Assembly: GCA_035995205.1 (NCBI GenBank)
Contig: DASYKS010000091.1
Coordinates: 2,085 to 66,084 of the forward strand
DNA length: 64,000 bases
From: Thermoanaerobaculia bacterium
Lineage (GTDB): Bacteria; Acidobacteriota; Thermoanaerobaculia; Multivoradales; UBA5704
Reading direction: 5' to 3'
This document shows positions 20,667-30,271 of this stretch, piece after piece. Made by a program: the position numbers and the translations under genes. The notes under the pieces are model-generated. The model did not search any database. It had not been told where the DNA came from and worked only from the letters and a program-made list of their open reading frames with translations. Position 1 is the first letter of the stretch. Each line of letters starts with the position of its first letter.

Positions 20667-22958
20667 CTACACCCTGCGGAATTTCTTCGCCAGCTCATCC
20701 AGCGTCGGGACAGGCTTCGGTGGAGCCGACCGGCTCGGGCTTCCGGTCGCCATCCGAGCCTCGCGGACCGGCGGCGGCTGGAGCGCCTTGATCGACAGAC
20801 CGAACCGCCCGCGCGGCTTGTCGACCTCCATCACCTGGACCTTGACGACCTCGCCGACCTTGACCGCCTCGCGCGGATCGGCGACGAAGCGGTGGCATAG
20901 CTCGGAGACGTGCACCAGGCCGTCGCGCTTGATGCCGACGTCGACGAAGGCGCCGAAGTTGGTGACGTTGCTGACCCGCCCTTCGAGCACCATGCCGGCG
21001 ACCAGATCGTCGATCGACGTGACGTCGGAGCGCCATTCCGGGACTTGAAACTCCGGCCGCGGATCGCGGCCCGGGCGCGAGAGCTCGGACTGAATGTCGG
21101 CGAGGGTAAACGTGCCGAGGCCGCGCTCGGCATCGGCGAAATGAGCGAAGTCGACTTTCGCCACCAGCTGCGGGCTGCCGACCAGCTCGGCGAGCGGCAC
21201 GCCGAGCTCGGCCGCCATCTTGGCCACCGTCGCGTAACGCTCCGGATGAACGCCGGTTCGATCGAGCGGGTGGCTCCCCTCGCGCACCCGCAGGAAACCG
21301 GCGGCCAGCTCGAACGTCTTGGCGCCGAACCCGCCGACTTCGAGCAGCTGCCGGCGGGACGAAAACGCACCTTGCGCGTCGCGGTAGGCGACGATCGATC
21401 GCGCCAGGCGCTCCGACAGGCCCGAGACCCGGCGGAGCAGCGGCGCCGATGCGGTATTGAGCTCGACCCCCACGCGATGGACCGCCCCTTCGACCGCGGC
21501 GTCGAGCTCCGTATCGAGCGCCCGCTGGTCGACGTCGTGCTGGTATTGGCCTACCCCGAGCGACCGGGGCTCGATCTTGACCAGCTCGGCGAGCGGGTCC
21601 TGAAGGCGGCGGGCGATCGACACCGCGCCGCGGAGCGAGACGTCGAGGTCCGGCAGCTCCTCGCGCGCGACCCCCGAAGCCGAGTAGATCGAGGCGCCGG
21701 TCTCGGGGACGATCGCGACCGTCACGCCGGAGATCCCGGCCTCGGCGATCGCCGCGCGGGCGAACAGCTCGGTCTCCCGGCCCGCAGTGCCGTTGCCGAT
21801 CGCCACCGCCTTGACCCCGTGCTTCCTGACCAAGCCGACCAGCGTCCGCGCGGAGCCGGCAACGTCGGCCTGCGGCGCCAGCGGACGCAGGACGTCGGTC
21901 GCGACGACCCGCCCCGTGCGGTCGACCAGCGCGAGCTTGCAGCCGGTCCTTAAGCCGGGGTCGAGACCGAGCACCGGCACCTGGCCGAGCGGCGGCTGGA
22001 GCAGCAGGGATTCCAAGTTCGCGCGAAAGACCGCGATCGCCTCGGCTTCGGCTCGCTCGCGCAGCTCGGAGCGGACCTCGTTGGTGAGCGACGGACGCAG
22101 CAGGCGCTTATAGCCGTCCGCGGTGGCGGCGGCCACCTCGCGACCGCACGGCGTATCGAGCGCCACGTTCCAGGAGCGGCCGAGCTGTTGGATTTCCATG
22201 TCGTCGTCGATCGCCAGGTCCGAGATCAGGAAACCCTCCCGTTCGCCGCGCAGAATCGCCAAAAGGCGATGCGACTTGATGTCCTTGGCGGCCTCGGTAT
22301 GGGCGAAATAGTCGCGGTAGACCGCGGCTTCCTCGGTCTTCTCCTTGCCCGGCAGAACCTGGACGTGCAGCAGCCCGTCGCGGGCGAGCGTGCGCCGGAG
22401 CCCGGCGCGCAGCGCCGCCGTCTCGGCGAGCCGCTCGGCCAGGATGTCGCGTGCTCCGGCGAGCGCCGCCGCCGCGTCCGGCACCTCTTTTTCCGCGTCG
22501 ACGAAAGCCGCCGCCAGCTCGGCCGGCGGAATCGATCCGGACGCCGCGGCGAGGAGGGCGTCGGCGAGCGGCGCCAGCCCTCGTTCGCGGGCGATCTGAG
22601 CGCGGGTGCGCCGCTTCGGCCGGTACGGTAGATAGAGGTCTTCGAGCTCCTGTTTCGCCAGCGACGAGCGGATCGCGGCTTCGAGCTCCGGGGTCAGCTT
22701 GCCTTGCTCCGCGATGCTGCCGAGGATCGCGTCCCGCCGCGCGGCGAGATCGAGGAAATAGTCGCGCCGCTTGTGGAGATCCTCAAGTTGTTGGTCGTCC
22801 AGGCCGCCGGTCACCTCTTTCCGATAGCGGGCGACGAACGGCACCGTCGCCCCTTCGGCGAACAGCTCGGCGGCCGCCGTTACCTGCTGCGGTCGGCAGC
22901 CGATCTCCCGGGCGATCACCGCGACGAAACGATCCTCCAACCGGACCTCTGTGCTCAT
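20667..22958 (-). CDS. tex: Transcription accessory protein Tex (YqgF/RuvC-like, HhH, S1 domains)
   Basis: MSTEVRLEDRFVAVIAREIGCRPQQVTAAAELFAEGATVPFVARYRKE is the canonical Tex N-terminus. C-terminal S1 domain GMVLEGRVSNVTNFGAFVDVG. Confidence 0.9.
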   Translation of the reverse strand: MSTEVRLEDRFVAVIAREIGCRPQQVTAAAELFAEGATVPFVARYRKEVTGGLDDQQLEDLHKRRDYFLDLAARRDAILGSIAEQGKLTPELEAAIRSSLAKQELEDLYLPYRPKRRTRAQIARERGLAPLADALLAAASGSIPPAELAAAFVDAEKEVPDAAAALAGARDILAERLAETAALRAGLRRTLARDGLLHVQVLPGKEKTEEAAVYRDYFAHTEAAKDIKSHRLLAILRGEREGFLISDLAIDDDMEIQQLGRSWNVALDTPCGREVAAATADGYKRLLRPSLTNEVRSELRERAEAEAIAVFRANLESLLLQPPLGQVPVLGLDPGLRTGCKLALVDRTGRVVATDVLRPLAPQADVAGSARTLVGLVRKHGVKAVAIGNGTAGRETELFARAAIAEAGISGVTVAIVPETGASIYSASGVAREELPDLDVSLRGAVSIARRLQDPLAELVKIEPRSLGVGQYQHDVDQRALDTELDAAVEGAVHRVGVELNTASAPLLRRVSGLSERLARSIVAYRDAQGAFSSRRQLLEVGGFGAKTFELAAGFLRVREGSHPLDRTGVHPERYATVAKMAAELGVPLAELVGSPQLVAKVDFAHFADAERGLGTFTLADIQSELSRPGRDPRPEFQVPEWRSDVTSIDDLVAGMVLEGRVSNVTNFGAFVDVGIKRDGLVHVSELCHRFVADPREAVKVGEVVKVQVMEVDKPRGRFGLSIKALQPPPVREARMATGSPSRSAPPKPVPTLDELAKKFRRV

Positions 22959-23130
22959 CGACGCTCCTTCTAAGCGGTTACCGTGCGCCTCGCGCACCGG
23001 GCGCGGGGCGCTATCCTCTCAGGAAGCGAGGACGGCCGCGAGGCCTCCAGCGAAGGGTGAGACGGCCCTTGACTTACGCTTAATTAGCGCCTATTCTTCC
23101 AGCGATCGCCAACCTCCCGGAGAAACGCGC

Positions 23131-23637
23131 ATGAGCCGCCCAGTCCAACAGGCCCCGCACCCGGCCAACGCCTTCGACGAATCGTTCCTCACCGAGCTGG
23201 ACCGTTCCGATGAACCTCTAAGCGCCGCCGAAGCCGAGGCGGCCGGCCCTTGGCACGTCGAGGAGTTGAGTCTCCGAGGGGTCGAGAGCTGGGGAGTCTT
23301 CCACGCCGCCGCCGGACCCGAGCGGGGCGGCCATCCGGTCGCCCGGTTCGAGCGCCGAGAGCTCGCTCTGCTCGCCGCGGCGGTCATTCCGGCGACCGGC
23401 CGCGATCCGCTGCTCCGCCTCGAACCCGACGACTCGTCCGCGGGCTTCACCCTCCGCGGTCCGAGTGGCGAGGTCGAGGGGTACCTGCGGCATTTCGACC
23501 AGCCGCTCGAAGAGGCGCTGCACGTCGCGGCCTACCTCACCCGATCGCCCGCGAGCCTCGCGCTGCTTCTGGAAGCCGCGGGCAGTTGCGCGTTGCGCGA
23601 TGCCGGTCGCCTCCTGCGCCGCGCCACGGAGGCATAG
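23131..23637 (+). CDS. Hypothetical protein
   Basis: ORF starting MSRPVQQAPHPANAF. No recognised family. Confidence 0.4.
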   Translation: MSRPVQQAPHPANAFDESFLTELDRSDEPLSAAEAEAAGPWHVEELSLRGVESWGVFHAAAGPERGGHPVARFERRELALLAAAVIPATGRDPLLRLEPDDSSAGFTLRGPSGEVEGYLRHFDQPLEEALHVAAYLTRSPASLALLLEAAGSCALRDAGRLLRRATEA

Positions 23638-23736
23638 GGGGTCACGGCAGACCCGCGGCCGGCAGCGGGGAACAGAGGATCGAGATCGAGGGAACTCGCG
23701 GGCGCCAGCCGCGTTATGTTCGGTATTGGCGGGCGT

Positions 23737-24200
23737 ATGAACGAGACGAGCTTTCGACCTGAGCCTTTTCCGAGCGACGACGAGCTGATGGCCCGGTCCG
23801 TGGCCGGCGACCGGCACGCTTTCGCCGATCTGGTCGTGCGCCACGAAGATGCCGTCGTGGGCTACCTTTCGCGCCTCGCCGGATCGCGTGACCGCGCGGA
23901 GGATCTCGGTCAAGAGACCTTTCTGCCTCTGTACCGGGCTCGCGCACGCTATCGATGCGAGGGGCATCTGCTGGCCTACCTGTTCCGCATCGCGACCAAC
24001 CTTCTCCGGAGCGAAGAACGCCGCGAGCGCCAGCGGCGCCTGCTCTCGTTTCTCTTCGCGCCCGAGGAGCATGAAGAGCCGGCCGCCCCGCGCGGCTTGC
24101 TCCGCGACGAGGTGCAGGGCCAGGTCGCCGCGGCAGTCGCCGATCTGCCCCTGCGCCTGCGGGTGCCACTCGTCCTTCACGAGATCGAGGGCGGTCGATT
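23737..24200 (+). pseudogene. ECF (sigma-70 family) RNA polymerase sigma factor, truncated within region 4
   Basis: Region 2 (DLGQETFLPLYRARARYR...YLFRIATNLL) and the start of region 4 (LPLRLRVPLVLHEIEG) are present. The HTH (expected LSYEEIA...) is missing. The frame then continues as low-complexity Arg/Gly-rich sequence. Confidence 0.45.
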
Positions 24201-24544
24201 CCACTTGGGACGTGCAGCGGCAAGTGCGCGGCAAGGATGCGGGAGAGACGGCGCCGGTCGAATTCTGGCGCGACGGGAAGGTGCGGACCACGACCGTGAC
24301 GATCGCCGAGCGCGAGCGGGCCGAGCTCGATCTGGCGCCGCTGTTCATGAAGCGGCGCGACGGCAAGGACGTCCTGATCGAGATCGATCCCGAGCGTCGC
24401 GGTCGGCGGGAAGAAAGGATCGTCGCTCCGCTCGACCGCGGGCGCGGAATGTCGTGGCGCCCGCGCGAAGCCGAGCTCGAAACCCGCCTGAAGGAGCTTG
24501 AAAAGCGCATCGCCGAGCTGGAAAAGCAGTTGGAGAAAAGATAG
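24200..24544 (+). other. Out-of-frame downstream coding remnant: PDZ-like C-terminal segment plus coiled-coil tail
   Basis: Frame +1 relative to the sigma gene encodes VQRQVRGKDAGETAPVEFWRDGKVRTTTVTIAERER...ELETRLKELEKRIAELEKQLEKR*. Protein-like codon usage. Looks like the 3' end of a different gene joined to the sigma fragment. Confidence 0.3.
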
Positions 24545-24585
24545 GGTCTCCCCTTCCTCTATCTCTCTCCCGAAGGAGGCACGAC

Positions 24586-24987
24586 ATGAGCACAGTTCAA
24601 TTGGCAAGCAAGGGCATCGCTCCGGGGCTCACCGTGAATGACATGGCGGCGAGCTTGCGGTTCTACACCGAGGCGCTCGGCTTCGAGATCGTGAGCCGCG
24701 ACGAGGCGGACGGCGTCCTTCGCTTCGCGATGCTCAAGGCGGGTGACGGTTACCTGGGGTTGGGGCAGGACGATTTCGCCAAGGGGCGGGATCGCGCCAA
24801 GGGCGTGGGCTTACGCTTCTGGCTCGAGACCGAGCAGGATCTTCAGGCGCTCGCCGATCAGATCAAAGCGGCCGGCTACGCGCTCGACTCCGACGTCCAG
24901 AAGCTCCCCTGGGGGCCGCAGGGTTTCGCCGTGACCGATCCCGACGGGTTCAAGTTCACGATCTCCGAACCGCAGAACGTCGCGTAG
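24586..24987 (+). CDS. VOC (glyoxalase/bleomycin-resistance/dioxygenase) family protein
   Basis: 133 aa. LTVNDMAASLRFYTEALGFEIV. GAAGGAGG RBS. Confidence 0.8.
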   Translation: MSTVQLASKGIAPGLTVNDMAASLRFYTEALGFEIVSRDEADGVLRFAMLKAGDGYLGLGQDDFAKGRDRAKGVGLRFWLETEQDLQALADQIKAAGYALDSDVQKLPWGPQGFAVTDPDGFKFTISEPQNVA

Positions 24988-25004
24988 GGGCGGGTGTACC
25001 GCCC

Positions 25005-25244
25005 TTGAGTGCTCAGGACGTCGACCGCCTGCTCGCCGGGTTTTCTTTTCTCGTCGAGGACAGGCCGTGCGCCCTCCGCAAGATTCTGCTCGCGAGCGTG
25101 CGGCGGACACTCGAAGATCTCGACGCGCTGGATCGTGATCACCCTGTCTGGTCGCTGCTCGCGATTCAAACGGTCAATGCGTCGCGGCTGCGGTGCTTTA
25201 CCGGCTGGCAGCTTCGCAACGGTCTGGCGGGAGAGGCGACATGA
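25005..25244 (+). CDS. Small hypothetical ORF with stop overlapping the symporter start (ATGA)
   Basis: 79-aa ORF. Not hydrophobic. It is supported only by the ORF itself and its coupling geometry with the downstream gene. Confidence 0.2.
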   Translation: MSAQDVDRLLAGFSFLVEDRPCALRKILLASVRRTLEDLDALDRDHPVWSLLAIQTVNASRLRCFTGWQLRNGLAGEAT

Positions 25245-26782
25245 ACCTCTCTACAGGCCCCGCCCTGATCGGCTGGCAGGACTTCGGCGTCCTGATCGTG
25301 CTGCTGTTGACGATGGTCGCGGTCGGGGCATTCTTCGAGCGGCGGCAGACTTCGACCTCCGAATTCTTTCTCGGCAAACGGAGTATCCCAGCGTGGGCGG
25401 CGTGCCTGGCGTTCGTGGCGACCGAGGTGAGCGCGGTCACGATCATCGCGGTGCCGGCGACGGCGTTCCGTGAAAACTGGCAGTACCTGCAAATCTTCAT
25501 CGGCTCGATCGCCGCACGCCTTGCGATCGCGTTCCTGTTCATTCCGGCGTTCTACAAGTTCGATTGCACCTCGATCTACCAGTTTCTCGGTCGCCGCTTC
25601 GGCCGCCTCACCCAGAGCACCGCGGCGATCTTCTTCTTCGTCACCCGCCTGCTCGGTTCCGGCGTCCGCCTGATGGCGGCCTGCCTCGCGGTGTCCGTGC
25701 TGCTCGGTTGGCCGATCGCTCCGGTGATCGGGGTGTTCATCCTGGTGAGCATCCTCTACATGGGGCTCGGAGGCATGCGGGCGGTCATCTGGACCAATGT
25801 AATCCAGGCCCTGGTGATCGTGGTGGGCGGCCTCGCTACGCTCGCGTTTCTGCTGTCCCGGATCGACGGAGGCTTCTCCGGCGTGGTGGCGCTCGCCGGG
25901 CCGGCCGGCAAGCTGAGCCTCTGGAACTGGGGTCCCGCACTCTCGGACCCGGCCTGGGCGCGGAAGTTCTTCTCCGATCCGAATATCGTCTGGATCGCGC
26001 TCTTGAACGGTCTGTTCGGCTCGATGGCGGGATTCGGGACCGACCAGGATCTGATGCAGCGCTTGCTGACGGTCGAGACCCGGAGGTCGAGCCAGCGGAC
26101 GATGCTCTGGACGACCGTCGTGAGCCTCGGCGTGCTCGTGATCCACCTGTCGATCGGCACGGCCCTGTTCGCCTTCTATGGCCAGCATCCGGCCCAACCG
26201 TTGCCCGCGAACCTGGAAACCATCTTTCCCCATTTCATCGGCCACGTCATGCCGAGCTGGCTGCGCGGGCTGCTGCTGTCGTCGATCGTGCTCGCGAGCA
26301 TCGACTCTCCCCTCGCCGCGCTAGCCACCTCGTTCGTCACCGACATCTATCAGCCGCTGCGCGATTGGCTCGGCCGACCCGCAGGGGACAGTCACTATCT
26401 GCGGGCGTCGCGGGTGAGCATCGTCGGCTTCGGCTCCATCCTCGCCCTGCTCGCGTTCTGGTTCAGCTCGTTCGACAAGATCCTCTGGCTCGCCTTCAAG
26501 ATCGGCGGCGTCACCTTCGGCTCACTTCTCGGCGTCTTCCTGCTCGGCCTGACCACCAAGCGGCGGGCCAACCGCGCCAACCTGGTCGCGATGACCGCGA
26601 GTGCGGCGATCATGCTCGCCCTTCTAATCCTGTCGGAGAAGAAGATTATCCCCCTTGGCTGGACCTGGTTGGTCGTGCTCGGCACGGTCGTCGCCTACGG
26701 CGGCGCCTGGCTGCTCGCCCCTTGGCTCGACCGCCGTGAAGAGCGCCTCGACGGGACGATCGTCCCTGAGGCGAAGGGGTAG
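25241..26782 (+). CDS. Sodium:solute symporter (SSS) family transporter
   Basis: About 13 TM segments. N-terminus MNLSTGPALIGWQDFGVLIVLLLTMVAVGAFFERRQTSTSEFFLGKRSIPAWA is typical of SSS. GGAGAGG RBS. Confidence 0.85.
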   Translation: MNLSTGPALIGWQDFGVLIVLLLTMVAVGAFFERRQTSTSEFFLGKRSIPAWAACLAFVATEVSAVTIIAVPATAFRENWQYLQIFIGSIAARLAIAFLFIPAFYKFDCTSIYQFLGRRFGRLTQSTAAIFFFVTRLLGSGVRLMAACLAVSVLLGWPIAPVIGVFILVSILYMGLGGMRAVIWTNVIQALVIVVGGLATLAFLLSRIDGGFSGVVALAGPAGKLSLWNWGPALSDPAWARKFFSDPNIVWIALLNGLFGSMAGFGTDQDLMQRLLTVETRRSSQRTMLWTTVVSLGVLVIHLSIGTALFAFYGQHPAQPLPANLETIFPHFIGHVMPSWLRGLLLSSIVLASIDSPLAALATSFVTDIYQPLRDWLGRPAGDSHYLRASRVSIVGFGSILALLAFWFSSFDKILWLAFKIGGVTFGSLLGVFLLGLTTKRRANRANLVAMTASAAIMLALLILSEKKIIPLGWTWLVVLGTVVAYGGAWLLAPWLDRREERLDGTIVPEAKG

Positions 26783-26892
26783 GGTAGGGATCCAGCGAAG
26801 TTCTGCACAACTCCGTCCGAAAGTTTTTGGCCGAACTGCAAGGTCCATAGCCGTGTTTTCCGTCTTTGAAGCGGCAGGAGGTACGTGCCGCT

Positions 26893-27449
26893 ATGACCAG
26901 CCACGACCAGTTATGGAAGAACCTGTTTCGCGCCTTTTTCCCCGATTTGCTGTTTCTGCTCGACTCCGACCTCGCGGCTCGCTGGGTTGGGGGTCTCGGC
27001 CCGGATTGAAGTTGGAGCTGCTGCGGAAGATCGCCAGCGCTCGCGTGAGCGAGGTCGAGCGATTTTTGTTGGCCAACGGCGTGGAAACTTACCTACAATT
27101 GGCAGGGCGCGAGGCGGAAGCATACGCCGTCTTGCGCCTCGCCCAAGAGAACCCGGAGGTTGAAGCGATGGAAACGACATGGGCCGAGCGGATGGCCGCT
27201 GATTACCAGAAGAAGTTTCGGGAGGAGGGGATTGTCCTCGGCCTGGAGCAGGGTCTTGAGAAAGGCCTCGGCCAGGGTGCTGAGCGTCTTCGCAGCACTT
27301 TGCTGCGCCAGCTAGGGCAGCGATTCGGGAAGATCCCGCCCGCGGTTCGCGCCCGGGTCGAATCGATCGACTCGCTCGAAGAATTGGGCGGTCTCACCGA
27401 TCGGATCTTGGAAGTGAAGTCGCTCGACGAGTTGGGCCTCGGAAGCTAA
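26893..27449 (+). pseudogene. Decayed Rpn/YhgA-like (DUF4351, PD-(D/E)XK transposase-like nuclease) gene remnant
   Basis: N-terminus MTSHDQLWKNLFRAFFPDLLFL... runs into a stop. After a frameshift the C-terminal DUF4351-like part follows (YQKKFREEGIVLGLEQGLEKGLGQGAERLRSTLLRQLGQRFGKIPPAVRARVESIDSLEEL). The ~150-aa nuclease core is absent. Confidence 0.5.
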
Positions 27450-27453
27450 CCGA

Positions 27454-28317
27454 ATGCGCATCGCACTTCTCGGCACCGGGCTGATGGGCTATGCGATGGC
27501 CGAGCGCCTGCTCGAACAGGGGGCGGATCTGTCGGTCTGGAACCGCACCCGCGCGAAGGCCGAGCCGCTCGGCGAGCAAGGCGCTCGGGTCGAAGATTCG
27601 GCGATTGGAGCGATCGAATCGGCTGGCGTCGGCGGTCTCGTGCTCGCCATGCTGCGTGACGCCTCGGCGATTCGGAGCGCGCTGGACGGGGCGCTCCCGG
27701 CGCTTTCGGGCAAGACGTTCGTCCAGATGAGCACGATCGCGCCGGGTGAGAGCCGGGCGCTGGCGGCCGAGATCGAAGCGGCCGGCGGGGCCTATCTCGA
27801 AGCTCCCGTGCTCGGCAGCACGCCCCAGGCGCGGGGCGGCACCTTGCAGGTTCTGGTGGGAGGCGATCCGGAACTTTTCTCGCGGTTCAAAGAGACGCTC
27901 GCGCTGCTCGGCCCGCCGACGCTGGTCGGGCCGGTCGGTCAGGGGGCGGCGCTCAAGCTCGCTCTCAACCAGTTGATCCCCAATCTGATCGCGGCGTTCT
28001 CGCTGTCGCTTGGGCTGGTCCGGCGCTCCGGCGTCGATCTTGATCTGTTCCTCGGCATCTTGCGGAAGAGCGCGCTCTACGCGCCGAGCTTCGACGGCAA
28101 GCTGCCGAAGATCCGGATTCGAGATTTCAGCGAGCCGAGCTTCCCGGCCGAGCTGATGCTCAAGGATCTAGACCTGATCCGCGCCGAGTGCGAAACCCTC
28201 GGGCTCGATGCCACGGTCGCCGACGCCGTGCGCGACGTCCTGGTGCGGACGGTGGAAGGCGGCCAGGGCGGAGCTGATTACTCGGCGCTTTACGAGGTGA
28301 TCGACCCGCGGGATTGA
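27454..28317 (+). CDS. NAD(P)-dependent oxidoreductase, 3-hydroxyisobutyrate dehydrogenase (HIBADH) family
   Basis: MRIALLGTGLMGYAMAERLLEQGADLSVWNRT is the Rossmann N-terminus of the 6PGDH/HIBADH family. Confidence 0.85.
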   Translation: MRIALLGTGLMGYAMAERLLEQGADLSVWNRTRAKAEPLGEQGARVEDSAIGAIESAGVGGLVLAMLRDASAIRSALDGALPALSGKTFVQMSTIAPGESRALAAEIEAAGGAYLEAPVLGSTPQARGGTLQVLVGGDPELFSRFKETLALLGPPTLVGPVGQGAALKLALNQLIPNLIAAFSLSLGLVRRSGVDLDLFLGILRKSALYAPSFDGKLPKIRIRDFSEPSFPAELMLKDLDLIRAECETLGLDATVADAVRDVLVRTVEGGQGGADYSALYEVIDPRD

Positions 28318-28319
28318 GG

Positions 28320-29396
28320 CTACCGCAGCTCTTCGCGGATCACGTCGATCAGGTGGCGCAGGTCGACCGGCTTGGTCAGATGGCGGGCGAAACCGGCGGC
28401 GAGGGCGCGTTTGATGTCCTCGTCCATGCCGTAGCCGGAAAGCGCGATGCCTTTCAGGCCGTGGCGTTTGGACAAGACCCGCATCAGGTCGCAGCCGTCG
28501 CCGTCGGGCAGACCGAGGTCGCTCAAGACGAGATGGAAGTTTTCCTGATCGTCGGTATGCGCCTGGAACGCGGCGGCGAGAGCGTCGGCCACCGAAGAGG
28601 CCCGAGTGACGCGGAAGCCCGAGTCATGAAGCAGCACCGCGAGCGCTTCGGCCGTGTCGTCGTGATCCTCGACCAATAAGAGATGAGGCGTCGCGTCCGA
28701 CGGGCGGGCGCGGTCCGGGCGTTTGCCCGCGTCCACCGATTGGGCGACCGCCGAGCTGGTCCCCTTGGAGAGCAGGTCGTCGATCAGCCGCACTTCGAGC
28801 TCCAGATTGCGCCGGATGCGTTCGAGCATCGGGGCGAAGCGCTCGGGCAGATCGGACGCCCCCTGCATCGCCGAAAGGGTGAGCATCACCGGTGCGAGGG
28901 GAGTGCGCAGCTCGTGGGAAAGCGCGGCGAAAAATCGATCCTTGGCGTCGACCGCGTCGACCGCGAACAGGCGCGCCTGTTCGAGGTCGCGGCGCACGCG
29001 GTGGAGCTGCTTTTCCGGCCGGAGATCGCGGGCGAACGCGAGGTGGAGCCCCGGGGCGACCCGCGGCCGGAAGCGCCACTCGACCTCGACCAGTGAGCCG
29101 TCGGCTGCAAGAACGGGAAACTCGCCTTCGAAACCGTGTCGAGATTGCAAGCCCGCAAGCGCGGCATCGCCCAAAGTTTTGGCGCTGGGGAGCAAGAAAG
29201 AGGACAGCGTCTGGCCGATCAGCTCGGGTCGATCGAACTGCAGTAGGCGGCAGAAGGCGGCGTTTACCTCGCGCAAAACGGCATCGTCGTCGAGCAGGGC
29301 GACCGCACCGAACCCCTCTTGATAGAGGCACTTACCGAGCGAGCCGAGAAGCTCGGCGAGAGCGGGCAATGAGGTGTCTGAGGCGTCGCTGCTCAT
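28320..29396 (-). CDS. PAS-HisKA-REC signalling protein lacking an HATPase_c catalytic domain
   Basis: PAS-like N-terminus. H-box ALSHELRTPLAPV. About 45 aa later a receiver domain begins (LLLVEDHDD...LVLSDLGLPDGDG...LTKP). There is no room for the N/G1/F/G2 ATP-binding boxes. Confidence 0.75.
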   Translation of the reverse strand: MSSDASDTSLPALAELLGSLGKCLYQEGFGAVALLDDDAVLREVNAAFCRLLQFDRPELIGQTLSSFLLPSAKTLGDAALAGLQSRHGFEGEFPVLAADGSLVEVEWRFRPRVAPGLHLAFARDLRPEKQLHRVRRDLEQARLFAVDAVDAKDRFFAALSHELRTPLAPVMLTLSAMQGASDLPERFAPMLERIRRNLELEVRLIDDLLSKGTSSAVAQSVDAGKRPDRARPSDATPHLLLVEDHDDTAEALAVLLHDSGFRVTRASSVADALAAAFQAHTDDQENFHLVLSDLGLPDGDGCDLMRVLSKRHGLKGIALSGYGMDEDIKRALAAGFARHLTKPVDLRHLIDVIREELR

Positions 29397-29479
29397 GATG
29401 GCGTCCGAACGACGGAGAAATTCTCCGAGTTGGGATTACGAACAGAGAAAGCAAAACAAATGCCGCCGTGGACCTTTCT

Positions 29480-30271
29480 TTATGAGTCGTCGCCGCAGGG
29501 GATCAGCAGGCGCTCGATGCCGCGCGCCTTGCCGGTCGCCTCGTCGATGTCGACCACGGCTCCGGCGAGCCGGACGTCGCGCTTCGCGACTTCGAGCGGC
29601 ACGGAGGTCTGGAGCAGGAAGCGGCGCAACACTTTGTCCACCTTCATGCCGATAATTGACTCATACGGGCCGGTCATGCCGACGTCGGTGAGCAGGGCGG
29701 TTCCCCCCGAGAGCACGCGCTCGTCGGCGGTCGGCACGTGGGTGTGAGTACCGAGCACGGCGCTCACCTTGCCGTCCAGGTAGAAGGCGAGCGCCTGCTT
29801 CTCGCTCGTCGCGTCGGCGTGGAAATCGACCAGGATCACCTTGACCTTCGGGTCGAGCGACGCGATCAACCGGTCCGCCGCGTGGAACGGCGAGTCGAGG
29901 TGGCTCATGAAGACGCGCCCTTCCAGGTTGATCACCGCGACCGGAATGCCCGCCGCGGTTTCGCCGACGTAGAGCCCCTTGCCGGGGTTGCCTTCCGGGT
30001 AGTTCGCCGGACGTAACAGGCGCGGCTCGCGGCTGAGCAACTCCACCCCTTCTTTTTTGTCCCAAACGTGGTTGCCGGTCGTATAGCAGTCGATCCCCAA
30101 GCTCTCGAATTCGTTCAGCACGTCGGGGGTGACCCCGAAGCCGCCCGAGGAGTTTTCGACGTTCACCACCGTGTAGTCGATCCGGTGCTGATCGACCAGG
30201 CGAGGCACCAGGGTCTTCACGGCCCGCCGCCCGGGCTTGCCGATCACATCACCGACGAACAGCAGCTTCAT
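29480..30271 (-). CDS. ymdB: YmdB-like metallophosphoesterase (TIGR00282 family, 2',3'-cyclic-nucleotide phosphodiesterase)
   Basis: [18 protein letters not shown]...[13 protein letters not shown]...GNHVWDKKE. Conserved rny partner. Start overlaps the rny stop. Confidence 0.85.
   Translation of the reverse strand: MKLLFVGDVIGKPGRRAVKTLVPRLVDQHRIDYTVVNVENSSGGFGVTPDVLNEFESLGIDCYTTGNHVWDKKEGVELLSREPRLLRPANYPEGNPGKGLYVGETAAGIPVAVINLEGRVFMSHLDSPFHAADRLIASLDPKVKVILVDFHADATSEKQALAFYLDGKVSAVLGTHTHVPTADERVLSGGTALLTDVGMTGPYESIIGMKVDKVLRRFLLQTSVPLEVAKRDVRLAGAVVDIDEATGKARGIERLLIPCGDDS

Noticed and set aside
25005-25244. Interpreting the small ORF upstream of the SSS transporter as a DUF485/DUF4212 membrane partner subunit
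   Set aside because: The predicted peptide is not hydrophobic and has no TM segments. It is kept only as a low-confidence ORF.
26655-27449. Treating the 264-aa ORF as an intact gene
   Set aside because: Only its last ~150 codons resemble a protein family (DUF4351 tail). The matching N-terminus lies in another frame. It is better described as a decayed remnant.
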